NCBI GenBank assembly: GCA_051294905.1
Contig: CM119372.1
Span: 19,842,001-19,902,000 of the forward strand
Length of the DNA stretch: 60,000 nucleotides
Reading direction: 5' to 3'
DNA from: Botryllus schlosseri
Lineage: Eukaryota
The first letter of the stretch is position 1. Each line of letters begins with the position of its first letter. Below, one piece after another: positions 24,657 to 38,191 of this stretch. The notes beneath the pieces are model-generated. The model saw only the letters and a list, made by a program, of their open reading frames with translations. It was not told the origin of the DNA and did no database searches. The position numbers and the translations under genes were made by a program.

Positions 24657-27600
24657 ATGGGATCGAGTGCTAGCAAAGGTCGGTCAAGCCTATCAATGCT
24701 GGGTTGTGTTTTTGTATTCTTGCTCAAGCCAACCGATGGTATCGCAATAATCAGAGATATGATTCGAATGAAGCATTTTTATTCTGACTCAAAACAAAAC
24801 ATAACTGCGATTAACGCGTTCTGTATAACTGTAAGTAGGATCACATATTGCGTTGTTGTGTTAACATATTATCGTTACTTCTAACTCTCGTTTGAAATCA
24901 GTTTGGTAAACCGTTCTTGACATCGGTACATCGCGATTAGAATAATACACGGAGCAAGGTCGCTATTGAACCGATCCGAGACTTCCGAATCCCTTCCTAT
25001 ATGGTTGGAGCTCTATCTAGACTCCTCATCGCCAACCGTGGCGCATAAGCGGTATCTTACAAAAGCCCATAGCCATGGTGGGCCGTGCTATAAGTATAGT
25101 GTTCGGGATTCATAATGAAGAATACCGGCCAAGTTTAAAATGACCACAGATGACGGAATACCATAAGCACTAAAACAACAACATCAGTCAACCTTGTATC
25201 TACGTTATTATTGCAGTACTTTCCGGCGGATCATCGTTGAGAACGGAATGGCGACAAATGTCCTGGGATGAACAGTAAGAAAACTTCTAATGTACCTCAG
25301 GAAATTTCTCACAGTATACGTGCCACCTATTTCTTACAGCTATAGACTGATAAAAGTCCGAGCAGACTGAGATCGCGGTATTATTTTGCGGTTGCTAAGA
25401 AATCTTTAATTATATTCAGTCTAACGTTGTCTGTATAATTGCAGCCTATTCGACGGCAGATGCGATATAGGGGTTGTAATCGTCGAAAGTTAGATTGAAA
25501 GAGGTGTAAAAATCGCTCTCTGTTTTGCAATGTAGCTCCCGCATTGTGTGAATAACCAACTGGAAATGCAAACACATTAGAAGCGTCTGTAGCGTTGCTT
25601 ATAGATTCAAATAGTGTATAGGTTCTAAGTATGGCGTGAACGTGAGGTTCGCGTGCGCGTTCTGTGTGTGAACCTAGAAAATTTAGAGGTCCACGTTCAC
25701 AAACGAACCTTGGTAGGTTCTGCACTGTGAACCTTTTTCATATATTACAATTTTCGCGTCATTATAACATCTTTGGTTAAAATTTATTGCATTTCGACTG
25801 CCTGCCACTCTATGCATGGCGTTGGCAGCATAAAAATCAACACTAAACGAGCATGCACCTTGACAATCTCAAAAATTTTACCTGCTTTGGTACAAAAGTT
25901 TGCTCAAAATATCCTGCTTTCAGTTTGTGAATATTTAGTGACCCTCCGCTGTGAGCTTGACCCGCAATCACTCAACATCAAGAGCAAAATGCGCTATACA
26001 TGTAGGTAGTCAGCGAATGATGCTTATTCAACCAATCGAAGAAATTGATATCGTTTTCAGATGTAAAAAAATATAGCAAGCGTACGGGGTCCCATCTCGA
26101 TTTCGTGTGTTTATTGTATCATAAAAAACAGATCCGTTCGATTGGGGTATTGGCTATACTGCTGTATAACTTAATTGTTAATGGGGTGGAACTCGTTTTA
26201 CACTCTGCTCAATATCAACGTTGCAAAACTCAGTCGCCGAATACATCGTCTGGTCTGGCCTAGACCGTTAGGGCGTATGCCTATATTCCCTCCCTTGCAA
26301 GTCCTCTTCGAAATTGTTGGGAAAGCGACGAAAGATATTCATTTTACGGGATTAATATATCATTTCATTGCTCCAGTTAAATACATTTGGCGACGTTTAA
26401 AAATACATTTGGCGACATTTAAAAAATCGGTATGTACTGTAGCATTGTGGCATTCTGTGCACGAGTCGTCGCTAGGTATCGTGTACATAAATACCTAACA
26501 CTTCACTGAAATGTTGGGTTGAAATTAGCAATATGACGTCACGTGACGTCATGAGGTTCACGTTCGTGTTCACTTCACACAGAACCTTTCAAAAAGGTTC
26601 GCGTTCACACGACCTGAACCTTTCCGAGGTTCACACCATCCCTAATAGGTTCGATAAAAATTAAAGTCAATTCAACCAGACGGAACGCACATGCACATTG
26701 CACAATACATATCCTAATCATCGTCAAGTGACATGACCTCACGAATGCCTGGTGTGACGTAGTGGATGAATGGCGTCATAATCGACAGGGCAAAATGTTG
26801 GAGGGGCAGTCCCGTCTTTCACTGCTCTGGCAACACCACTGTGCAATGTGCTATGTCTTCAAATATCAGCTGTCCCTTTGATTAATTGCAGTCTTCATCA
26901 TTCTTAGAACTAGATCCTCGTTGCTAGACGCAATCAAAGAATACCAGCCGTTATCGCAAGTTTGCGTTTCTGAGGCCCGCATTCTATTGCTGGGGCCTGT
27001 AAACGTTGGGAAATCTTCATTTTTCAACACCATCAATTCGATATTCCGTAACCACGTGACTGCACAAGCGCCGGTAGGAAGTCCGTTGGACCAGGCCTCG
27101 ATCACTACCAGGGTAAGGCTTCCACATGCATTATAACCGTGATGCCCTGTCTAAAGGGCGTTTTATTATAATATAACTATATGTATTTGTATCATTACCA
27201 ACTAATATATCGACTTTTCAGGGAAGCCCTGCGACGAAAACAAAGTATTCCCCTGTTGAACGTGACATTTGCCGTTAATAACGACATTAGGTTTCACAGC
27301 ATAGGTGGTCTGGATCATGTCCAATTACGCTCCGGTAATCCGAAAATAGAACGCTCCATTCATTGATGTTTTATATTGTTTATGTTGTGCTGGCGACCGG
27401 ACAGATTTGTTTTATTTTGTACGCAGCTTAGAGCATACCAGATTCGGAATGGTCGCCAGGGTAAAGTGCTGAATTTCAAGATCGTCGACACCATGGGCTT
27501 GGAAGAAGAGCGAAAACAAGGCTTTGACCCCAGCGAACTCTCGTACGTGCTCGACGGACACGTGCCTGAAAACCACCAGGTATACAACATAAATGAAATG

Positions 27601-29889
27601 GAATTATGTAAGGCGCGAAAGCGTCAACACTCTTTCCGGTCTTTCTAATAATGGCTCGAGATATCATCTGCTGGGAAATTCTAAACTCCGTCAAAGCATC
27701 GGCGACGCGGTCGGTCTATGAATAATGCAGCGATTAAACGATTAACGATTGGGCAGGAAATTAATTATTGGGCCACGCTGTAAACATAATTTGTGTGATA
27801 GGCGTCCAAGAAACACATTCAGGTCTACCGTGCACTGTGTTGTCAAGTAGTGAACTAGACGTAAACATTATACCTACTCTACAAACGATAGGGACTCCAC
27901 GCCGTGGCTATAGTTTTGCGCAGTTGTTAAATGTGAACATAATGTAATGTAATGTAATATTGCATTCGGCTAAAAGAAACACAGTTAGCGCACTGGTACA
28001 GGAAGTTAGTGAATGTTGGACGTACGACCTCCCGATGAATAGGAATAGCACGTTGTGTATTTTAGTCATTAATGTTTTTGCGGCATATACACCGACCCAT
28101 GATATACATGCCGACACAGCCGTTGTGATGGTGTCGCGACCGTTCGGTGGTTTCCTCCCGTCGTTTTCTCGCTGTATGTACGATTCTGAACGATTTGTTT
28201 ATATGTATTGCATATACAGTTGCATTTAAAACAAACATTGTTTTAAAATCACTTTGTTTCAAACATGTTTTAAACGGTGTTTTAAACAAATGCCTTTTTT
28301 ACATTGTGTTTTTTTCGAACGTTGTCTAATTATGCCGTAATTGTGTAAATACCTTCGAAAACCATGTAGTATGAGCCTACAGACGATTTGCACCCAATAT
28401 AGTCGAGGTATACGATGTGGAGTGGCTGGAACCCTCGAAATCATCGTCGATTCAGCAGTTATAGCATGTAGATATAGATGATTGGAACGGAATGGGTGTT
28501 CTGATGATGGATGAAGACCGCCGACCGTAAAAATGCTGCATGATGATGTAGTCCTGGTTAAAGATATTTTTAGTGTGTTTACGACTGCGGCCGGAAACCC
28601 TTTTCGTCGAAGGTTCCATCTATGTGCCCTTATTTTCAATTGTCAATGTCGGTACATTGTGACGTCACAATCGAAGATTAGTGACGCCGTGGCTAAAAAA
28701 ACACAATAAAGAACATGTTTTAAACCAGGGCCATGTTTTAAATATGTTTCTTTTAAATGCAACCCTAATTGGATATGTTTTGTATATCCCCAAATTAGCT
28801 GTATGAGGTGCTGGTGCTGGCAAAAATATTTGCTATAAGGGAAATCGACCAATGTTATGCTAAAAACTTCATTCGAGAATGGCGGATAAACGGTACTACG
28901 ATAACAAGTGTATTGCAATTGCATTGTCTTAACCTTGGTTGCTTCGAACGACAGCTCCATAAGTCACCATCAACTGTTGAGGTTAATGAGCATACTTGCA
29001 TTATTGATAAGAGACATTTGAGTTTTGTACCTACTCCGCAACGTTCTCTTATGGATATTTTATAAATTTATATAGGTATTAATATACATAATTCATACAA
29101 CTTAACTGAAGGTAATAAATTTTCAACGAATGGCTTCTCATGTATTATGAATATTGAATAGTCACGCTAACTCGGCGTGGAAGGAATTAACATTGTAAGT
29201 AGATATGAGGAATGGCGATAACCAGTGAAGTGCTCAGGTTCGTGCGAAATCGAACTGGTGAAAGTTCGTCGTGAGAGCGAGCTCGAACCTATGATTCCAC
29301 ATTACGAATTAGCTGGACTCGGCAAAGCGATTCCAGTATACTCGAATACTAATCCAGTAGTGCGATTCGATTTTTTATATATTTCGAGCACCCACATAAA
29401 GTGACTCAGCATTTAAGAATGATTTAATCTTAGAGAATTTTCGTTTCGATACTTTCTTCTCGGCCTGGTAGCAAAAGGCAACGTATTTCGCGGAAATGCC
29501 ATTTCTCCGAACTAATTGACCCACAGTATTGTCACAAAGGGACGTATCATTGTTTTTGGTTGATGCGAGAAACGAAACTATTTTTGAAGATCAAAGGCAT
29601 TACTGTTTTTGTGCAAAGCCAAACAATATGCTTTTATCTCTATCCACCGCTTAATTGTATTTGCAATGGTATTATTTTATTTATTTATTTTTTAATTCTT
29701 CCATGATGCTGTTTGTTGATGTTCCTAAGTTACTTTTTAATAATTTTTATTAGTTAGATGATGTGATAAATTGCTCCCGGCCGGGACTCGACTTTGAATA
29801 CTTTGTCATATCGAGCCTCCCGTCTACCTTGCATGTCTTAATATCGCCTTTCACCGAATTGCATTTTTGTTGTGTGGGATTTTGATTTT

Positions 29890-29936
<47 letters not shown>

Positions 29937-31570
29937 ATTTTCATGTTTCGTTGGTCTTGCATGTCAAATGTTATATGTTACTCGATCCGACTCGAAGCTG
30001 AATACTAGCTTCGCAAACGAATCGGTAAGGTACTCAGTACTATAGTCCTAAGTTTCTCATGTCCTCAACGTACATTGACATAGTAGACCACACCCGCCAC
30101 TGTATACCTGTTCTATACGCATGATAGTGATATATTCATGCTGGCGTGGCTAGCATGATCGTGAAAGCACTTGGATTCGCAAATACACAGCCGTGTCTAG
30201 CAGTATATTTTACATCTCCATCTCTTTATTATGTTACTATGCAGCAAAGTGTGCTAGAGTAGATTTGTTTCGTTCTGGTGATGGACTGCTCCCTTGCCGT
30301 CGACAAAATAATAGCGATCAATGAGAAGTTGAACTGTCAAGAAATTTGACCAAAGACAGGGCGCAAATTCTGCAAAGTTTTGCTGTTTTTATCCCAGAAA
30401 AGTGGCAACCTATAGTAAGGCGCTTTTGCAAACGCCAACCTCCCAATCACTACTAGCAAATATCTGCGTTTGTGGTATCACATTTGTAGATAAACAAACA
30501 GTTACGTCTAATACAAGAACTTATGCAGTCCAAAATCAGTGGAGATCGGTAACGAAGTATATACTATCATCAATGACTGAAACTGCAAAGTACCAGCAAT
30601 GTCGGATTCTTTACTATATGCCTCTCCCATGTAGCAACGTGCACGAAACATCCTAATTTGATTCCGACAAGCGTCCGCTGGCTTTGATATCATGCGTCAT
30701 TTTCTCTCCAGTTCGACAGCAAAGGGAATGTGTCGCAAGAAATGCCAGGATACATTAAACTGCCGAAGCTGTCCAATAAAATCCACTGCTGCGTGATCGT
30801 ACTGGATGCAAACAGTATCGCCTCGATGGGGGATGGCATTCAGACGAAGCTGGCTGATATAAGAGGGAAAATTACGTCGCGGGGTATGGTACTATAGCAC
30901 GGTGATAGCGAGTTAATTCAAGTTCGACGTTCGCAATCTACATGCAGGTATTCCGCTGATCGTTCTCCTTACGAAGATCGACAAAGCTTGCCCGGCGACT
31001 GCCGGCAATGTGTCGCTTGTTTACAGAAGTGCCGCCATTCAAAGCCTTGTTGCGCAAGTATGGTGTGATTATTGTTTCGATAACCATGCAGCCTAGGCTA
31101 TGTCTCGAACTGATATTAGGCACCGCACTTGATAGGCAATGAACTGATAGCCATGCTGTGGAATATAACGCAAGGTGACTGATGTAGTATATATTTTCTG
31201 CGTATCTAGAATTGAAACGTTAAACCCAGCAAAATTGAATTTGGCAGGTCACGAACATGAAGGTGGTCGCCGTTTATAGCTGGCTTTACGGACCGCGATA
31301 ATTATGTGACCTATATAGCCCGGTCTGGATGAACCCTCCAGTTTATGTATTCCTATGACCACCTTTTCGGGCTCTTCTGTAACGTTTATGTTTCAGGCCA
31401 GTATTAAGATCGGCGTGCCCGTGAGCTACATCCTGCCGGTCAAAAACTATACCCACGAAATCGAGCTTGATCCGTGGGTCGATGTTCTGGCTCTGAGCGC
31501 CGTTCAACAAATGCTGAGATTCACGGACAACTACTTCGACGAATGTTTGTCGAATACGGATACTGGGTGA
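24657..31570 (+). CDS. IFI44: Interferon-induced protein 44-like P-loop GTPase, 7 coding exons, 297 aa predicted
   Basis: Exons 24657-24678, 25217-25274, 26908-27112, 27427-27579, 30712-30883, 30948-31057, 31397-31570 join in frame (894 nt). Motifs: EWRQMSW, RILLLGPVNVGKSSFFNTINSIF (G1), DTMGLE (G3), LDGHVPENHQF, KIHCCVIVLDA, LLTKID (G4), ILPVKNYTHEIELD..DVLAL, all typical of the IFI44/IFI44L C-terminal domain. Confidence 0.92.
24950..25185 (+). mobile_element. Degenerate SINE copy (same family as 56587-56866) in an IFI44-like intron; boundaries approximate
   Basis: Shares GTTGGAG..TATCT..CTCC, GCATAAGCGGTATCTTACAAAA, GCCGTGCTA.AAGT, AAATGACCACA and an AAACAACAAC tail with the 56.6-kb SINE. 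Confidence 0.7.
25626..26644. mobile_element. Second copy of the TAGGGATGGTGTGAAC MITE, in an IFI44-like intron
   Basis: Colinear with 8294-9279; exact TSD ATAGGTTC; left TIR degenerate. Confidence 0.9.
28215..28767. mobile_element. MITE (GTTGCATTTAAAA TIR core, TGTTTTAAA repeats)
   Basis: TACAGTTGCATTTAAAA...TTTTAAATGCAACCCTA; TSD ATTGCATA/ATTGGATA; diverged partial copy at about 42443-42920. Confidence 0.78.
29893..29933. repeat. (CT)n microsatellite
   Basis: About 20 uninterrupted CT units. Confidence 0.95.
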
Positions 31571-32741
31571 GGAATGTAACGGTATAATATACTATCTACC
31601 CGCTATAAACGGACGCTATTCAGGTAAATGTAAATCTAAAAATAGCAATTTATTCGCAAGCGGAAACAGGAGTAGAAATTTTCGAAGATTTCAAATAAAT
31701 TTCGTCAAGTTAGGGAACAACGAAAGATATAAAATGAACTAGCATTGTTGATCAACCAACGAGCTTTTTTTTAACTATATATTCATCGTGATTAATAATG
31801 TAAACCACGTGCTGCTTTACAGGTATACATCTATTTTCGAAAATAAATTATGTGATGTTTGTACAACGTCTGTGTTGCCCGATGCTTACGACGATTTCAC
31901 TAAATAGATGATGCAAACCTAGTATATAACTATGGACTCGCCAAATGTCATCACATTTTCCCCGCTCTCCACAGATCTGACATATAGTATTTCAATTGGG
32001 CATTGTGACTTGTGGCATCATTTCGGCACCCGGGTTCGCGTGATTTTGATACATTCTCTCATAAATTTAACACGAACTCGAACATCTCGTTAAGTAATAC
32101 CGCCCCCATATCTGTACACCGACATTTTAGCAAGCCCTTTTGCCGCCAAAACTGTTGTACATAAAGCTACATGCGAATGTAGCAGTTTCCAAGTCACTCA
32201 TTTTCTGCGTTTATATATGAATTAGTTTTCGTCATCATTTGGAACGGGTTACTTGTCAACTTCAGTAAAATATTTGTCGAAAACCACTGTCTAATTCATC
32301 AAACATTACTATACTATCCAAAAGACATGCAGTTGCCTAACCAGTGAGCATGCTGCATGTATAATTGTATATATCTCAATCTATATTTGCAAATAATAAA
32401 AGGTCACTACAAAATGAATATTTGATGGTACAAAAATTCCACGCCTTTTAGATGGTGACAACCAAGCATCATCAACATCAATCGTTCTTGTGTAAACCGC
32501 AGCTATGAGTATACTAACACTGTATCCGTGTCGCGATGTAGATTCCCGCAATGTATACAATATACATTTGGGGCAATCCAGGATATTTTAGAGAATTGGG
32601 AATTCGCTGATATTACGTGAGAAATACCGTGAGAAATAACTTTGATTACACCATCAATACCTTCCTCGCCTGCAATGCTACGTCATAGTACGCGAGACAA
32701 CTGATCTTGAATATAGCACCGGCTCACATCATGACATACAC

Positions 32742-33128
32742 CTGTGGTTCCCAACCTTTTTCGACTCATCGCCCCCTTTTCAAGCTCAACGCCGATCATC
32801 GCCCCCCAGATTTTGTGAACCGAAAAATCGGTATTCAATCTGTCATCATCGGCGGGTGACTAAAAAATAAATAAAGGTCAACTTTTCGGCTCGTTGTCGA
32901 ATTTTACACTTTTGCAACTAAATTTCCGTGGGTTGACTAAAAAAAGGCTATTTTAACGACTTGACTCCAATTTAGCCGTTTTAACGCGTCATCGCCCCCT
33001 TCGCTATTTTCGCCCCCTGTCGCCCCCTTTGTCCATTTTCGCCCCCTATCGTCCCCTTCGTCATTTTCGCCCCCCTATGCCGCCAAATCGCCCCCTGGGG
33101 GCGATATCGCCCACGTTGGGAACCACTG
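32742..33128. mobile_element. hAT-type MITE with TCGCCCCC subterminal repeats
   Basis: CTGTGGTTCCCAAC...GTTGGGAACCACTG; exact TSD ACATACAC. Confidence 0.9.
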
Positions 33129-33141
33129 ACATACACTAAGA

Positions 33142-34850
33142 CAGAGGTCTCAAACTCAAATGTGCTCGCGGGCCAATTTCCTGCTTTTTGATCGCGCCGC
33201 GGGCCGCAGCAACAGTAATAGGGGGATTCAATGTATTTCCAAGTAGGCCTTATTTGACGGGATCTTGCAGACTGACATTCCACACGCATCGTAAAAATGT
33301 GATTCACTATTGTGAATTCACGCATGGCACAAAAAAAATCACATTTCAAAATATTTGAATAAAATTGCGGCTTTACTTGGCATAGTAGTTGTATATATAG
33401 TTGTAGACACCCTGCGACAAATGTTTCAGGACATCGTAAAAGCTGTCGCGTTAAAACTCTGCCGCTAGCGGACATTTGACGTGACACAATAGAATTTTAA
33501 AAAGATTGATCTAATATCAGATCATTGGGGCAGTACAACCAAATCCGGGGTTTCGGTCATACTGATAATTAGGCTATTAATCATGTCATTACTAGGGCAA
33601 GTTTTTGCAACTTTTGCAACTTTTTGCACAGCTTTTGGCAGCTTCCTAAATACCCGGAAGATATGTAGAATGCTGTTTTAAGCTGTTTGAAGGAATCTTA
33701 TAGTGCAACTTTTTGCAACTTTTTGTCTATTTTTGTTCATGCAACTTTTTGCAACATTTTGCAACTTTTTCGATTGTTCATGAAAGTATTTTCCATTTTG
33801 GCGAAATACACGGCCAAGTTCGACTGAGATGCCGTAAATCAGCACTGAAGTAGCGCTCTTACGGGTATTTCGGGAACTGAGCCGGAAAGTTGACCTTTTT
33901 TTTTAATCAACCGAGCAAAAGGTGGTCTTTTAGTGCAACTTTTGTGAAAAAATAAATGCAACTTTTTACTGCAACATTTTTCAAAAATAAATGCAACTTT
34001 CCACGGATTTAACTGCAACAAAAACTTGCCCTAGTCATTACCAAAGCCAAATAAAATCGGCGTTGGATTTACCTTCGAATATTGGAACAGATCTATAGCA
34101 ACTTGAATATAATGATTACTGTGCCATAGCAATAGAAATGCCCAATCGCCGAAGAATCCATTGGTGTTGCAGCTGTGAAGCGTATGCTACGACTACTTTA
34201 TACTCGCCACATTTAATTGGCGATAATAACAAGGATAAAGATACCCAAGATGATATAGGATGTAACTAACTATATACATCAAGAGGGTAACGCAATCCCA
34301 ATGGTTGCCATACCGACCTGATTAGATATCTAAATAAGCTACGCAGCACAAGAAGCACAAGACCTTTTTATATATGACCATTCCCCATACCAGTTCGAAT
34401 GGTAGCTTTGTCCATGGTTGTAGCAAGTCACGGCGTTCCTAGTCACAATAAGTCCTTTTCTGATTGTAACGTTCGACGTGACTCAACTAGAGTCATTTTC
34501 ATTTTATCTCATATTGAGTCCGAGTTCGCGTAATTCTACAAAAGGTCGCGCCCAAGTCCAAATCACAATTTTCAGTCACGAATCATCAACGGGTCATGTT
34601 TTACCATCATAAACAAGTAATGTGACGTATTAGTTTATCTTCCACTGCGTGGTAACTTGTGAAAGTGATGTAATAGTGAGGTTGCATGAGTAGTTTCATG
34701 CATCTGGAGTAGTTTTAGAGGAGCGAATTTCCAGTTCTCAAATTTAAAAAAAAGGTACTTGGCAGTTAAATATTGTCGAATATTCGAAATCCAAAATGCC
34801 ATCGCGGGCCGCACAAAATCGTCTCGCGGGCCGCGTGTTTGAGACCTCTG
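33142..34850. mobile_element. hAT/Charlie-like non-autonomous element (GCGGGCC repeats) carrying a nested MITE
   Basis: TIR CAGAGGTCTCAAAC / GTTTGAGACCTCTG; exact TSD CACTAAGA. Confidence 0.92.
33593..34033. mobile_element. TGCAAC-rich MITE nested in 33142-34850
   Basis: TIR TAGGGCAAGTTTTT / AAAAACTTGCCCTA; exact TSD GTCATTAC. Confidence 0.92.
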
Positions 34851-36580
34851 CACTAAGACCTACGAGGCAAGACTTGCTAACGGCGTCCGCCCTCTTGATT
34901 GACTTTTGCGACTGTCGATTCAATGTATGCGGGACTATGTGCCTTGCGTCGTTCCATTGTAGCCAAATGCTAGCAATATTTTCAATTTTAAAGCCCATGC
35001 GCATTGTGAGCATCATGGTTGCCGCAAGTCGCAAATGATAGCTGGGTTACGACTCTGTTGAGACACAGACGTACTTTGGATGCACGCGTACTAAAATGAT
35101 AATGATGACTTGGAAAGTTAATGTTTGTATCTTTTTGAGGCTATAAGCAGCGGCGTGTTATATACCGGGTTTATTGTTCGGGAGCACCTGGAAGATCGAG
35201 TTGGAGTTGGTCGAGGTGGAGTTGTATCAGAGTTGTCGCAAGATGACAGTAAAGACCAAACCGCTGCAAATAGAAACCAGTATAATCATAAGCGATTTGG
35301 CGCGACGTTTCGATTTTTAATTTCTTGTTTTGTAAACTGTGGACTAATTTGCTTGACGTCTCGCTAACATTGTGCGAGTATAGTCCGCCAACGCTTATCA
35401 CTCCGGAATAGGTTGATACGAGTACAAGCTGTTTTGCGTCTGGTACCCCAAATTTCATGTGAATTACCACAAGGCAGTTATAGTGATGAGACAAACGTGA
35501 TTTTCGCCCAGTTTCGTGATGTTTGCTGACTCTAGCGTTGATGAGAACATAAGAATTCCATATATGGGGAGAGCTTACTCGTGACTTCTCCGCTAATTGC
35601 TCACGGTTTACAAATATATCATAACCGAAGAATTTGATACAATGATCTAGTTTCGGAGACCCGTGTCGTGACACGAAATATAAATGTTTTTGAACTCAGA
35701 CGATATACCGCTGAAATATTAACAAATTCACTTAAAAATATAAATATTATTACCACATGACAATTATCAATGCTACCATGTTAAACTAACACATGTAATC
35801 CTAGGATAGCAACGGTTTTGCAGAGTTTCAAAGTCGGAACATGCCTCCGATTCAGATCAATTACTCCATCGTATAACATCATAAGGAAATTATTTTTGCT
35901 GTATGATCTCACATCACACTTTCATTAGGGCATCTGTGTCGCGACCCTAAGTATAATTGCATCATTGTTTTGTGACTTCTGGTTTATGACTGACTAACTC
36001 AGTGACTAATTGCGTTAAGCACAATAGTTACAGTATCGATTAGGCTTGATTCAGATATCGACAAGCTTAAACGAGAGTACAACGATCCTATTGTTCCAGA
36101 TTTGTTTCGCAATGAATGGACATTGGACGAATGATGAAATATATATATCTTTAACAAATGCGTTAGGAGGGGCGAATTGCAGCACATGCGGTTACTTCCA
36201 AATCTATCTTACAATTTGAGCGTCCAAGCTCCTATAAGGCAGTGAAATTGATTACACATGTCTCACATTCATAGGGAAGCGGATCGCTTCCATGATTGCA
36301 TTTTATTGGATGTAATCCATGTTCGAGATTGCGCATTGCACAATCCCAAACGAATTTCTGATGCTACTCAAGCAGAAGCGTTTCCTCAACTATCGTCTCA
36401 AGTAAAAGCATCGACTTGCGAGCTATGAAAACCGTGATCCCGGAGTAGTCGTAAAATATGAAGGTTTTTTAAAGAGTGTTCAAGGAATTCATTTGATAAA
36501 AAGCAAGGCTATAAATCTGTTGAATTGGAAGCATGGATTCACAGTTGGGAGGTTTAAGGTTCTGTTTAGTAAGTCACCAC

Positions 36581-38171
36581 CAGAGGTGGTCAGTAACGTA
36601 GTACTTCTACTTTTTCGAAGTACTCAAGTAGTTTTCCTCTACTTCTGGTACTTACTCAAGTAGATCTGATTTTCGCTACTTCTACTTCTACTTCGTAATA
36701 TTTGGTGATCTACTTACTTACTTTTCGCTATTTTCAGTTTGTCAAGTAGAAGTAGTTCAATCTTTTAATCAGGGAGATAGCCTGAGAAATTTCGGGGCTG
36801 TTTTCACGGAGTATCAACATTTAAATTTCATAAAAGTTGAGTAAAGCGAAGAATTTTCGTCGCGCTTGGCGCGCAGTGGATACGGAGTGACCAGTATGAT
36901 TTCACGAAAGTATCGGTGAATATAATTTAGGTCTCGGGTAGGCGTGGTTCCGTTTACACCACATTGTCGTCCTTCGCCCATATGAAATAATTTATCACAG
37001 TATATATGGCTCACTATGAAGTTTGAAACTGATGTTTCGCAATCTAGCATTTACTTGTCATATCGTAATCTAGCATGTCCATGGCGTGTCCTAATCTGGA
37101 AAAGTGGACTCTGACTTTTTTTAGTTTTAGAGCTGCTTTAGCATATCACCTTTGAAACTATCTGGACTAAAGGCAGGGTTGTAACCCAGTCACAAGGTTC
37201 CGAGTCAGAAGTTAATCTCACTTTAATAGTTTTGACTCGAATCAAGTCGAGTCGTGTTCAATTCAGTACCGAGTCAAGTCCGAGTTCAAGTCACGGAGTA
37301 GAGTGTCGAGTCCGAGTCACAGTGTTGACTGCTCTGTTTCCAGTTAAAGTCTTGTTAAACCTACTTTCTATTACTCTGTCTGGTGATATCGAATGGTTCG
37401 CATTTATAAGATGCTAATTTTCCTCACTTATAACAGTTTCTGGTAGCATTTTCAAGTGTTAGTACTGATAGACAAATAATTATAGTGTAATAACTTTACT
37501 ATTCTTCGAAATTACAATGAAATGCCTGTCTTGGTAGACCCAGTCTAGAGTCATATGACTTGGTCCGAGACTCGGACTCCGACTCATGCGCAATGACTCG
37601 AGTACAAGTCGAGTCAATACACAAATTGACTCGAATCGAGTCATTTTTCATTTTTAAGTCGAGTCACCAAAAAATCATGACTCGAGTCGAGTCATGACTC
37701 GAGTCATTACAACGCTGACTAAAGGCATGAAATACATGTTCCACTTTTAGAAGAAGTATTTGCATTTTACTTTTCATTCCCAGTATCATATACTTTGAGT
37801 TATAATTAATATCAGTTCTTTTTTCTGGATAACATACATGTTGAAGTATAAAAGCAAGTGTAGTAATGCCTTTAATTTCCAAAAATATATCAAAAACTGG
37901 ATACCTATTGGTTTGTATCAATATGAATCAAGCTTGTCACCTTTCGCATAGCTCAAATTGCACCTTTTTACAATCCATGTGAACGAATTAGGATCGTTTT
38001 CACAACTACTTACTTACTTGAGTACTTTTAAAGTCAGTGAATTCTACTTCTACTTCAAGTAGTTTTAGGTTGCTTATGGAAGAAGTACTTCTACTCGTAC
38101 TTGAGTAGATTTTTTCGTCGCTACTTCTACTTCTACTTGAGTAGCTTTCTTGACTACTTTGACCACCTCTG
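36581..38171. mobile_element. CTACTT-rich hAT-type MITE (second copy) carrying a nested insertion
   Basis: CAGAGGTGGTCA...TGACCACCTCTG; exact TSD GTCACCAC; homologous to 21206-22389. Confidence 0.92.
37174..37717. mobile_element. GAGTC-rich MITE nested in 36581-38171
   Basis: CAGGGTTGTAA...TTACAACGCTG; exact TSD ACTAAAGG. Confidence 0.9.
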
Positions 38172-38191
38172 GTCACCACACGTTATTTCAG

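Noticed and set aside
26732..26880. In-frame stretch LTNAWCDVVDEWR.. as the IFI44-like exon 2
   Set aside because: Bounded by stops and without proper splice sites; exon 25217-25274 fits both phases and supplies the WRxxxW motif.
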